From Octopus vulgaris (Eukaryota): a DNA stretch of 64,000 nucleotides. The stretch covers positions 72,230,001-72,294,000 of the forward strand of contig OX597820.1 of assembly GCA_951406725.2 (NCBI GenBank), written 5' to 3'. Below, piece after piece: positions 26,440-38,469 of this stretch (its first letter is position 1; the number at the start of each line of letters is the position of its first letter). The notes beneath the pieces are model-generated. The model ran no database searches. It saw nothing but the letters and a program-made list of their open reading frames with translations, and was not told where the DNA came from. A program made the position numbers and the translations under genes.

Positions 26440-29394
26440 TTAAGTACCAGTTGTGTACTGGAGTCGATATAATTGACTCATCCCCTCCTCCAAAACTGCT
26501 GCCCTGGTGGCAAAATTTTAAAACATTATTATTGTTGTTATTCCTGTAACTAAACCTGCTTTCTTAAAGTATCCCAGGTTTTTCTAGGTGTAATATTAGT
26601 GGAGGACTTGTTGACTGGAGGAAACGATACCAACACCAGTGCCAGAAGCTGAGCAGAATTTTCAGAGAAGTGCAAACGTAAGTAAATACACATGCACCCA
26701 CACACTTCTTTCAGCTTTCCTCAAACAAATCCACCCACAAGGCTTTTGTTGGCCTGGGGCTATAAGTGTAGGCAGTGGAATTCAACCCAAAATCACATGG
26801 TTAAGTAAACTTCTTAACTACACAGCTTTTATTTATTTATATATATGTGTGTGTGTGTGTGTGAAATGTAAAGTTGATAAAGTTTATATAATGTACAACA
26901 TATTTCCCCTCTCATGTATATACACATACACACATACAAATCTATAAATATACACACATTTATTCCTATACGCATACATACATATACACACACATACATA
27001 TCTATACATATACATGCACATATATATACATATACACACACATATATACATATAGATACATACACATCTATACATACACACACATATATACATATAGATA
27101 CATACACATCTATACATATATACACACACATCTTTTCCTATACACAAACACATGCATACATACATATAGATACATACACCTATACATATGCACATACATA
27201 CATATATAAATTTAAAAAAATTTTATTAAAGTTTCCAGATTCTTTGAAAACTTCTGAAAATTAAGTAAATCACAAGTAATATATTTTATCAGCATTATAT
27301 AATGAAAGGGTTATGTGAAAACTAGAAAAATTACGAAAAGGAAATGTAATATATTCTACATAGCACGTAGGTTAGAAATAATATTTATATAATTTGTAGA
27401 TAAAACGGTTTGCTATCATGAGACATCTAAAAGAAAGCAACATTACGCGAAGCATATGTACGACAGATATGCAAGTTTAGCAAAGCTAACATTGATAAAA
27501 TAATGGAATAAGTAAAATGCCGTAGTGAACAAAGCTAACATGTATCCCATAGTTACTTGTACAACACATCAATTCTAATTGGCTAACAATTTGTGGGGCC
27601 TATGATTATAAATTAGCTGTAAATATATCTCAACAACTGATGGTCATTTATTTCATTGCATCTGATGAATTCATATTGACGGCTTTGTATTACTGAGTGT
27701 GAACAAGATTTTATTGCTACGGCAGCAGGTCTTCATTGTTAGCTTTGCTTACATGTAAAAAGGACAAAAACATGTAATATGGATAATTTGTAGTCTTCAA
27801 AGAGAAGTGACTGCTTGTGAAGTTTGATGTGATGCTGTGTACACGTATGCATTGATTTATAGACACACACATATAAAGATAGGAGAGGTGTGTCATGTCA
27901 TTTCATTTCATTTCCAGAAATGACATAAAAATTGCGCTAAACATGAATACATCAATTTCAGTGTTTTACATGCAATCTTTGCACCATATAATCTAACGAG
28001 TGAACAGGCTTGCAACCACTTGGCCTGCTAGAAATAGTAGCCAAATCCTCCACTATATATCTCCCATTCATTACACAGGCTTTCCAAAAATACAGTGATA
28101 AATGAATCATCTCTACACACTTTGGTATCAATGAATCTATCATTTGTTCCTTTCAGAAACTTATGACCCGAAACTGCAAAGCTTCCATAGCCAAATATTT
28201 TCTTGATTATCTCTACCTTTTCCTGTAGAAAAATTACATGTCATTTGTTAGGATCAGGGTGACTACTTTGTAGGTTTTCCTGTTCACTGGTCCTACACTG
28301 ACAGGTATGAGCGCATAAATCCCGCTAAAACATATGCAGCCCTGCAGCATGGTCATGTAAACACAAGTGACAGTTGGTGCATTGCAGGTGGTTGTTGGAG
28401 GAGTGCTCTTGCAGTACAAACAGAATCTTTGATCACCGAAGCATAACATGGCTCGCAACTGAGCGTAAGTATCTTATTCCAGATCAGCGATAAGCAATGT
28501 TATATGTATTGTCTACATAGAAAAGTAAATATTGGATATTGTAGTTTACGGTAGATACAGAAACAAGGCACAATCATCTAACGTCTGCTTTCCAAGCTGG
28601 CATGGGTTGGATGGTTTGACTGGGGACTGGTGAGCCAGATGGCTGCACCAGGCCCCAATCTGATCTGGCAGAGTTTCTACAGCTGGATTGCCCCTGATCA
28701 TAGGACTGCTGTGTTAGCAGTGACTGGCTGCTAAAAAGGATCCTATGAATATATATATAATGTACATAATATTGCAATCACTGGAGTGTGGCCAAGCTGA
28801 GGCACCATCTTGAAAGGCATTCAGGTGAACAAATCAGCTGCAATATTATTTCATTTAAGTTTGGTATGTATTCCAGTCTCTTTTGCCAAACAGCTAAGTT
28901 GCAAGGATGAAGACAAACCAACACCAGTTGTCAAGTAGTGGGAGTGAGGATAAACACACACACATACATATGAAGGCTTCCACAGATTCCATCTACCAAA
29001 TTCATTCACAAGGCATTGACTAATTCGGGGCTATAGTAGAAAACACTTGCCCAAGGTGTCACGCAGTGAGACTGAACCCGGAACCATATGGTTGGGAAAC
29101 AATCTTCTTAACCACACAGCCATGCCTACATCTAACATAAAACAAATTACATCAGCTCTTTGTAAGAGCTTGCACGAATTGACCTTAAACCTCACCTTAG
29201 CTGAGGTTTGTTCATACAGTAATATTGGTACAAATATATACAGCAGTGAGAATATAAATTTTGAATATATATATATATATATATATATAAAAGCCTATGC
29301 TATCATAACAGTATTACAAAAGCCTTTGAATGCCTTCAGTAAGTAAATTAGAAAAGGGACATCAAGGGAAGAATCTACAAAATTGGGTATTTAA

Positions 29395-29512
29395 CCCTTT
29401 CAGTCCTAACATCCTGAACCATATTTTACCATATACTTGGCACTCCACTGGTGCTATGGTATAGAGAAAAATAAGCCATCCACCAGTAAAATGGTATTAC
29501 AGGTCCAAAGGG
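29395..29512. mobile_element. Mini TTAA-targeted MITE (piggyBac-like); related decayed TTAACCCTTT elements at ~33258, ~33570, ~34361, ~39612
   Basis: TTAA|CCCTTT ... AAAGGG|TTAA. Confidence 0.65.
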
Positions 29513-32500
29513 TTAATAGTGGAGCCAGTGAAAAATTGTATTTTTTCGTCCCTATTTTCCTTGTATTGGATTTATTTTAATATATGAACCGAAATCGTAG
29601 TCATGCCTGATGTCAGTGCCACCTGACTGGCACATAAGCACCATTCAAGTGTGGTTCCAACCCATGCCGGCATGGAAAGCGGACGTTAAATAATGATGAT
29701 GGATCATGGATAATCTCCACTATTTTATAATAAGAATTTAACAAAATATATTAACTACAAATTTAAGGAAATATGTTTTTGTTACATTTCTGTTTTGTTT
29801 CAATTTTAAAATAATTTAGTCATTACTATGCCATTTGAAACAAATTAAGATGAACTTTGATGGAGTTTTAACATAGCAGTTCACTTTTAAAAAAGTTTGC
29901 ATCACAGGTGTGGGAGTGGCTGAGGGGTAAATAGCTTGCTTACAAACCACATGGTTCTGGGTTCATTCTACTATAGCCTCGGGCCGACCAAAGCTGTGAG
30001 TGGATTTGGCAGCCAGAAACTGAAAGAAGCTCGTCATATATATGCATGTGTGTATATATGTTTGTGTATCTGCGTTTGTCCCCCAACATCAAGTGACAAC
30101 TGACGCTGGTCTGTTTACATCCCCCATAACCTAGTGGTTCGGCAAAAGGATCCAATAGAATAAGTACGAGGCTTACAAAGAATAAGTCCTGGGGTTGATG
30201 TGCTAACTAAAGGCGGTGCTCCAGCATGGCTATAATCAAATGACTGAAACAAGTAAAAGAATAGGTGGTAAGGTGAATTCTCATGTGTGTTATATATATA
30301 TATATATATATATATACATCCATAATCTTTTATCTTTCATTTGTTTCAGTCATTAGACTGCGGCCATGCTGGGGCACCACCTTGAAGAATTTTTAGGTGA
30401 ACGAATTAACCCCCACTTTTTTATATTTTTTTAAGCCTGGTACTTGATCTATCAACATCTTTTGCCCAACCGATATATATCATATTGTGCCAGTTTGGAG
30501 AATGGTTGTTAAAAGGACTATAGAATAAGGAATGGTTAAGAAAATAAATTTTTTTTTTTTTTAGCTTGTTCCAGTCATTGGACTGTGGCCATGCTGGGGC
30601 ACCACCTTTTGGTTCTGTAACACAATGCTGTTTTTTTTTTTTAGAAAAAACAAAAGATTATTTAAATTTAGAGCTTTCCATTGTGATTTTCTACTGAAAT
30701 GTTTTTATTAAATGGGTGTGTTTTTGGTATTTTCAAGCATTAACTAATATGTAATGTCCATAGACACACGGTCATAAAAGGGTTAATTTAAAATGCTAAG
30801 GTGGTTTGAAAGCCAGGCAGTATAAGAATGTCTGTATAATTTCAGTCACACTCTAAGAAGCAGCTTAACAGATTAATTATTCTTTAATCAAGAAGTATGT
30901 TTAATACGATTATGAAACTATCATTCAAACATCACAAGATGTCAGTTAATCTATATTTACTCACTAATCTGATATAATAAATCAATGTGGCAAGTTAATT
31001 GAGAAAAATATTGATAATTGGTGGCAACATTTTTTTTTTGAAGAAACAGCTTTGTTAATTGTTTTCATGTGAAATTCATACTGAATGCAATTTTAAAAAG
31101 AAAAAATGTAGGAATGGTGTGATAAATTTGCTTTACAACCACATGGTTCCAGGTTCAGTCCCACAGTGTGGAACCTTGGACAAGCGTCTTCTACTGTAGC
31201 CCCAGGTCAACTTAATCCTTGAGTGGATTTGGTAGCTGGAAGCTAAAAGAGGCCCGGTTATATGTGTCTTAGTATTTGTCACTCATCACTGCTTCTCAAC
31301 TGGTGAGAGTTTGTTTACATCTCCATAACTTAGCAGTTCAGCAAAAGAAACTGATAGAATAAGCACCAGGCTTAGAAAAAAAAGTACTGGGGTTGATTCT
31401 TTTGACTAAAGCTCAAGGCAGTGCCCCAGCATGGCCAGTCCACTGACCGAAACAAGATAAAAAGATGTACATTTTACATCTTAATCATTCACTAATCCAT
31501 AGTTGTTTTAACCATTTTCCAAACTGGCACATGACGGATATATACATATATACACACACATGTGCAAAGGCAGATATATATTATCACTTGTCTTGATCCT
31601 GTCATTCGAGGCTTAATATCCAGATATCTGACTTCCCATCAGTGCATCAAGCCAGTCAGCATTCATTTGTATCATAAGCTTATTTTAAGTTGAAATGAAA
31701 GAAACTGGGGAATTCTCTTTAACTGTTAACCTTCCTGTCCCTAATGCTTTGGCCTATCTCAGTTTTACTTGTCAAACATTTTATAGCTAAATACATGGTA
31801 ATGACAACGAACTGGAATAAATACTTTACAGCCTAACCCTCCCACCAGCCTTCCCATAACCAAGAATGCCATCATCTTGGATTCTATGGTGAATTCTTAA
31901 ACATTTCTATTCCACATTGGTAAGTACATAAAAAAAAAAAATAAATAAAACCATTTTATATTTAATATATATTTCTGTAGTGAAGTATCACTGGTCGATA
32001 TTAATGCTGAAATATGTAGAGATGGTTAATTTGTGACAACCAGACAAAAATCAATTCCATACACTACAATGCACACAATAGTATCTGTAGCCGAGAACAA
32101 AAAATATCTAGAAGTAGGATTTATATCTCAGTTCACACATTCACTTTGGTAGCTTGTTCTTAAACCTATCTAATACCACCACCCTGGTCCCGAGATACAA
32201 AAAATACAAAACTGCTCCTTTTAAACCTTTCATAAACAGGTGGAGATATGGCTGTGCTACCACAAAGTTTTCCTGTGCAACCATGTGGTCTCAGGTTCAA
32301 TCCCACAGCATGGCACCTCAGGCCTGTCTTCTACTATACTACAGGCTCAGAACAGTTTTGAGAGTGGAAATCGAAACTGTATGGAAGCTCATTATATATC
32401 TTTCTCATATTTCAGTCATTCAACTTAAGAGACCCATGTACTTTTCTTTTTGCAAAGCCTGGTAATAATCTTTTTTGCCAAACAAGTTACAGGGACATAA

Positions 32501-34569
32501 ACACACCAACACCAGTTGTCAAGCGGTGTGGGAGGGAGGACAGCACAAATATATATATGTCTCTAAATTAATGTTACCATTATTCAATGGTTTAATATGT
32601 AATGTTAAAACTCCATCAAAGTTCATGTTAATTTGTTTCAAACGGCATAATAATAACTAAATTATTTTAAAATTGAAACAAAACATATTTCCTTAAATTT
32701 ACATAAATTTCCTCTATTTACATTAATATTGAGATCCCTTTCTTTTGTTATCTTACTGTTTTTACCAATATATATATATATACACACACACACAAATGTA
32801 TTTATTATACATATTACAGGCTTTTTTCAGTTTGTCAGCCTGGGGCTATAGTAGAAAGACACCTGCCCAAGGTGTCACACAATGGAACTGATCTGGGAAC
32901 CAACCATGTGGTTGGGAACTTCTTGCCAGTCATATCTTTATGAATATTTAGCAGAAACAACATATCAAACTATATGTATATACTTACACACATATACAGG
33001 TGTGAATAAGGGTCATGCAAGTCTTCATTAACACTAGTGATATAGTATATTTTTTCGAGTAAACTAATATTCCATGGTTCAGTGGATGTGTGAGGGACTG
33101 AGGAATGGAAAATACAGCAAACTATTTTCTATTCTGGGAGTTAGCAAAAAGAAGATCATCCAGTCATAGAAAACCTGCCATGCTAACAGAGAATCCAACA
33201 TAAAAAGCAACAATGAACCTTTCGTTAAGCTAAATACGATGAAAATAATTGGTATTTTAACCATTCAGCATTTAAATCACCCATATCCAGCCAAAACAGT
33301 TTGTTTTATGTTCAAAGCAGCCACATCTAGCCCCCACATACACCTACCCTACAATGACATCCAAATAATAAACAATCATCTTATCAGAATCTTGAAGCTA
33401 TGTGATAATGCATGATTAATTCAGAATCTTGAAGCTATGTGATAATGCATGATTAATTAAAAACAATGAATAAATAGGCATTAGATTTGACCGAGTAAAC
33501 TGAACGCTAAAAAGATTTCTGAAAATCTAACTGCCAGTGTTGATATTTCAGTTTCTTATGAAATACAGTTAAACCCTTTAGCAGCCACATCTGGCCAAAA
33601 TATCCTGTTTTATGCTCAAACTGATCAAATCAGGCTTCTCAGAGCTATAAGATAATGCATGATTAATTCAAAACAAGCAATCTGAATGCTGAAGGGTCAA
33701 ATTAGCTCGTTATTATATATCAAGTTTAACATTCATTCAACAATGTGTAGAGAGTAATTGTCATATTGAGGATATAATGTATCAATTGGAAAATTTTATT
33801 CATCACAATCAAAGATAAATGCAGTAAATTAATTATTAACCATGGCTTCGTCAGGCCCAGTCTGCCAGATCTGACTGGTCCTGACGAAGCCTTCCAGCTT
33901 CACAGACCCCAGTTGACCCGTCCAACCCATGCTAGCATGGAAAGCGGACGCTAAATGATGATGATGATGATGATGATAGCACACATGGTCCTTTCAAGGA
34001 CCAGAAGAATAAAGATATCTCAAAAAATACAGGTGTTGCAGAAATATGGATTAGTTTGTCATCAAGACCAGAGTGTCTTTCATATATTATCAAAAAATTT
34101 TTGGTAATAAAATTTGGAAAGAGGATCTTAGATTAAGTTGCTTTAAAATCAGAGATTGTTTGTCACCCAACACATATCATCCCTAGGCCAACCAAATTCT
34201 TGAATGGATTTGGTAGATGGAAACTGAAAGAAGCCCACTGAATGTATCATGTAATAGTTGTAAAGTCAATCGTACAAGAGTGTCATTTCCAGTATCCCAT
34301 AGAAATAAGGCTGGACTACGGGGAAATGTTATATTGCTGGGAAACGGGTGAAGGTTGACATTAACCCTTTAGTGTTCAGATTACTCTGTTAAATGTAATA
34401 CTTTTTTCACTCAAATTATTTTGAATTAATCACACATTATCTTGCATCATTGAAACCTCAAAGCTGTAATTGTTTACTTTTAGAATGTCAATGTAGGTTA
34501 GGTATGAGAGGCTAGATATGGCTAGTTCAAATATAAAACAAGTAGAATATGTTTGTATATAATATATTA

Positions 34570-37500
34570 ATAGATCATTTCATTCACTCATGTTACACAA
34601 CTAAAAGCAATTTACATGCAGAAAACAAAGTAAATATTTAATATAAATAAATTTCAGGACATTTTACTATACCTGCAATTTGAAGAATATTGGTAGTACC
34701 ATCAACTGTATCCCAGAGTCTTCTGATTATGATATCCTAACAAGATTTGATTGAATTGGTAGACCAACAAAAATAGTCTTTGATTTCATTAGCATTTGTT
34801 CGTTAACTTTTTTTTTTTTCCACTGATCCTCAGGACATTTAAATTCTGAATTTTGTTATAAATGCAATCCACATACAGATAAAAAAACCACACCATAAAC
34901 CCAAAAAGATAAATGTGCTGTTTGTTTTGAAGTGAAGAAAGTCCATATTAAACACACGTAAAAATGTAATTTGTACAACTAATAACTGTGACGAATTTCA
35001 CATTTTGAAATTTTCAGTGAGAAAAAAATTCCATCATATGCGAACCATTAAGCAAATATGACAGTAAAAAAAGACACCTGTTATTAAAAGGATGCAAAGT
35101 CTGATAATTTTTCAAAATAAAATACGCAACTATATGAATTTTTTATAGAAAAATAATTTTTATTTTTTTAAAAATACTTTTAAAAATACAGTAAAAATAC
35201 AAAAAATCACAGGTTTCCCATCTTGGACGTTTTAAGATCAGGTCTCAAGTGATATCTGGAGAAAGAAAAGGGGGAGAAAAATACATTAGTTATGGAAGAA
35301 TAGAAATTTAAATTAATGATGTGGGGGGAAAAAAAGACCAGACCTGTCCATTCTGTGTATGTTACATAAAAAAAAGGAAAGGAAAATAAAAGAACTTGAC
35401 CAAGTGATAGAAACCGGAGAAAGGTGAACGAAAATTTTCAGTTGTGAAAAGAGAAAAACAGGTCAAAGAAATAGAAAGAGTGAGATTCAATAGAGAGAGA
35501 GAGAGAAACAGACAGAAAGAGAAAAAGGAAGAGAGTGAAATGCAGACATGAAAGAATTTGGTAGAAAAGTCAGTTTACAAATACAGAAATACAACAATTT
35601 ATTTTTTAAAAAAAATATATATATATATATATACATAGGAAAATCTATAAAGAGACAAAATGAAAAAAAATAGACAAACATGACAGCTGCAAGATATCCA
35701 TAGACAAGAGCTAAGGACTGAGCAGCAGATTTGGAGGATGTGTAAGAAAACAAGAACAAAAAAAAAAAATAATAAAAACATAGAAGTGAAAGTTCCAAGT
35801 GGGAATCAAGGAAAAGGGTGGGTGGGCAGCTAATATCCAAACTACCGAGTCACAAGCAGTAAACCACGATAGCTGTTGGTAGTTCTTACCAACACAATGG
35901 AAAATTCTAAATTAAAAATGTCAACTTGAAAGGATTTTTCAAAAGTCAGTCAGTATCCGGTAGCACCTATTTTTTTTTTTAAGTTTTTAAGTGTTTTTTT
36001 TTCATTTAAAGAAATTTTAAAATTATTTAGCTTTTTAAAATTTTTTAAACATTTTAAAAACATTTTTTTTTAAAAAAAGTATTTTCTTTTAAATTACAAT
36101 ACAAGGTAAAAATCAGAAGACCCATTCGATATGGGTCAATGAGCTAATTATATTTTATTAGGGGCAGTTGATTTTCGTTCACCTTTCTAAAACTTGAAAA
36201 AGTTTAAAATTACAAGAAAAAGAAATTAGGAGATAATGTTTCCTAACAGAGGAGACATTATATATATATATATATATATATGCATGAGTGTGTATATATA
36301 TATATGTATGTATATATATACATATAAACATATGTATATATAAATATATATACGCACACACACATATATGTAAGTTTTAAGTTTAAGATCTTTAAAAGCT
36401 ATGAAAAGCTAAGATGAATCTCGTGTTCACTGTTAAGAGCAAATTAAAGGGACTGCAACTATTGATAATATATCAACAGTTTGCATTTTAATGTTTAATT
36501 TTTTTTTCTTTTTCCTAGTCTAAAAACTGAAAGCATCTTGGAAAACATTGAAAGCAAAAAAAAAAAAAGGAAAGGAAAAAAGGAAAAATTTAAAAAATGG
36601 AACAGTAAAAAAAGCAATTTATAATTGAAAACATCAACTGATGCCCTGATTTAGTTTAGATAATTTATCAATTTATATATATTGAACAGTTATCAATTAG
36701 GAGGGCAGATCATTTTTTTTTTAAGCCACAAATTTCTAAAGTTTATGGTTTTTAAACGGCAGTTATATAGACAATGACATGCTGTTTATTTGTGTTAACA
36801 TTCACACTGAAAAGACTACCACTTGGAATGGGAAGAAAAGATCACCACGTTACCTGGCATTACTATGGATTGGGATTCCTCGATCAAGCAGTAAAGATAC
36901 CTTAAGTGCTGATATCACATTTCCTGTGTCTTTGTTTTCCCTGGAGTCTCAGTAGCCGTCCAAATTGTAGTAGTAGTAGTAGAATTTTACTGGCAATAAA
37001 TGCCAGAAACTTGAGTACTTGTACAAAAACTTATACAATCCCTGCTGATGTACTACAAGTGTCAGAACATTAACATTTGTACATTTTTTCACTGAATTTC
37101 AATATAAACCAGGATAAGTGCTAATATCGACATATTAGCAGCTAGCCTCTATCTTTTTAGTGAGCACATACAAGCCTTAAGGATAGAAGCCTGTTACGTT
37201 TAAGACTTTTTTCTTTGTTTTGTATTGTTTTGTTTGGTTAGTTTATGTGCCTGGATTAATTAATTTATTTAGGGTTGTACAATAATATCAAAATTTGCTG
37301 CATCTTTAAAAAATTGCCTAAAGATTATTATTATTATTGTTGTTATTATTATTATATATATACATATATATTTTTTTCCTCAACCTGATAATTTGTTTAG
37401 CAGCATTTGAAATTGATTTACAACAGTTTGGATATCTAGTGGCTCTATCCTTAAGCTATTTAGAACTAGTTTGGTAGTTTTACTAAGTTTTAAAATGCAT

Positions 37501-38356
37501 TGTATGTGCCCAGTCTCCATTTAGGTCCTGGAGGAGATTTTTAGCAAGTTGAAATAAACAACGGACCAGAGTAATTTTAGACTGAATTTTATGTATTTTT
37601 TTTTTATTATTTTATTTTTAACTTTTTTAAATAATTCAAGTTACTGGGTTTTTAACCGCCACAACATTTACTAATATTGTGGCATTGCCAACTATTGATA
37701 CTCATAGTTGATTCAGTTTTACTTACATTTTTCAAAGTTGAAGAATCTAATCAGACTCATTAAGCTTTTTAGGTGTCCAGCAGAAAAAACAAAAGGCTGA
37801 CTTCTAAAACTAGTTTAAAACTTGATATTTTTTTATATGTATATATATATATGCATATATATATATATTATATATACATATATATATATATTTTTTTTTT
37901 ATTTTTAAATTTTTGACAAAGATTAAATCTACATTTGGCAGCACGGAAGCATGAGGTGACAAAACATCACTAAAATCATTTTGTACTACATGGATACTGA
38001 CAATGAGGAGAACGTGGTCGATGTAGTTTGGGTTTAAGAGTTAAAATACTTAAAAAGCCTTGTTAGGTCCTTGCCAGTTCTGTGTCACAGAGTGACAATA
38101 AAATGGATGAAAGGAGACCAAAATTCAATGAAAATGTCCCACTTATTAAGTGTTGGGGTGATATGGAAGAGTGAAATATGGTGCATGAAGTCATGATTTT
38201 TGTACCTCCTTGCTCACATGCTTGTCATTCTTCTGTGGGCCACAACTGAGATTGGCATCAGTTGGTCAAAGCCACTCGGCTTAAGTGGATGGAGACTGGA
38301 CGAAGACAGCGAATACGACCAGTGCAGCAGGGTTAGGTTTTGACCAGGGCTAGTTT
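34570..38356 (-). other. Probable long (~3-3.8 kb) 3' UTR / alternative terminal-exon region of KHDRBS
   Basis: Directly downstream of the stop; lacks the SINE/LINE copies that fill both flanks; U/A-rich with several minus-strand AATAAA (e.g. 35164-35159). End point uncertain. Confidence 0.6.
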
Positions 38357-38469
38357 TTAGTAACCTCCGCCTCTACCTCCATATGGATGACTTCTGTATT
38401 GTCCCTTTGCACCTCTAGTGGGTGGTGGGGCCTTCATCTGTCCAACATTTGAGCCCCAGCCACCATCAC
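38357..38469 (-). CDS. KHDRBS: KHDRBS exon 9 coding part ([37 protein letters not shown]), PY-NLS
   Basis: TTTTCAG acceptor; R-x-HPY NLS; TAA at 38359-38357. Confidence 0.95.

Larger units (their letters stand above)
25668..26540 (+). mobile_element. Two tandem copies of a second SINE family (ggtggcaagc..cagaatcgttagc...catcctttcggggtcgataaattaagtacc)
   Basis: Repeated head, B-box-like gagttcaaattcc, (ATT)n tails; other copies at ~6500, ~23290 and ~49810 (minus). Confidence 0.8.

Noticed and set aside
27660-27700. C/D-box snoRNA (TGATGA...CTGA)
   Set aside because: Boxes only ~30 nt apart with no terminal stem
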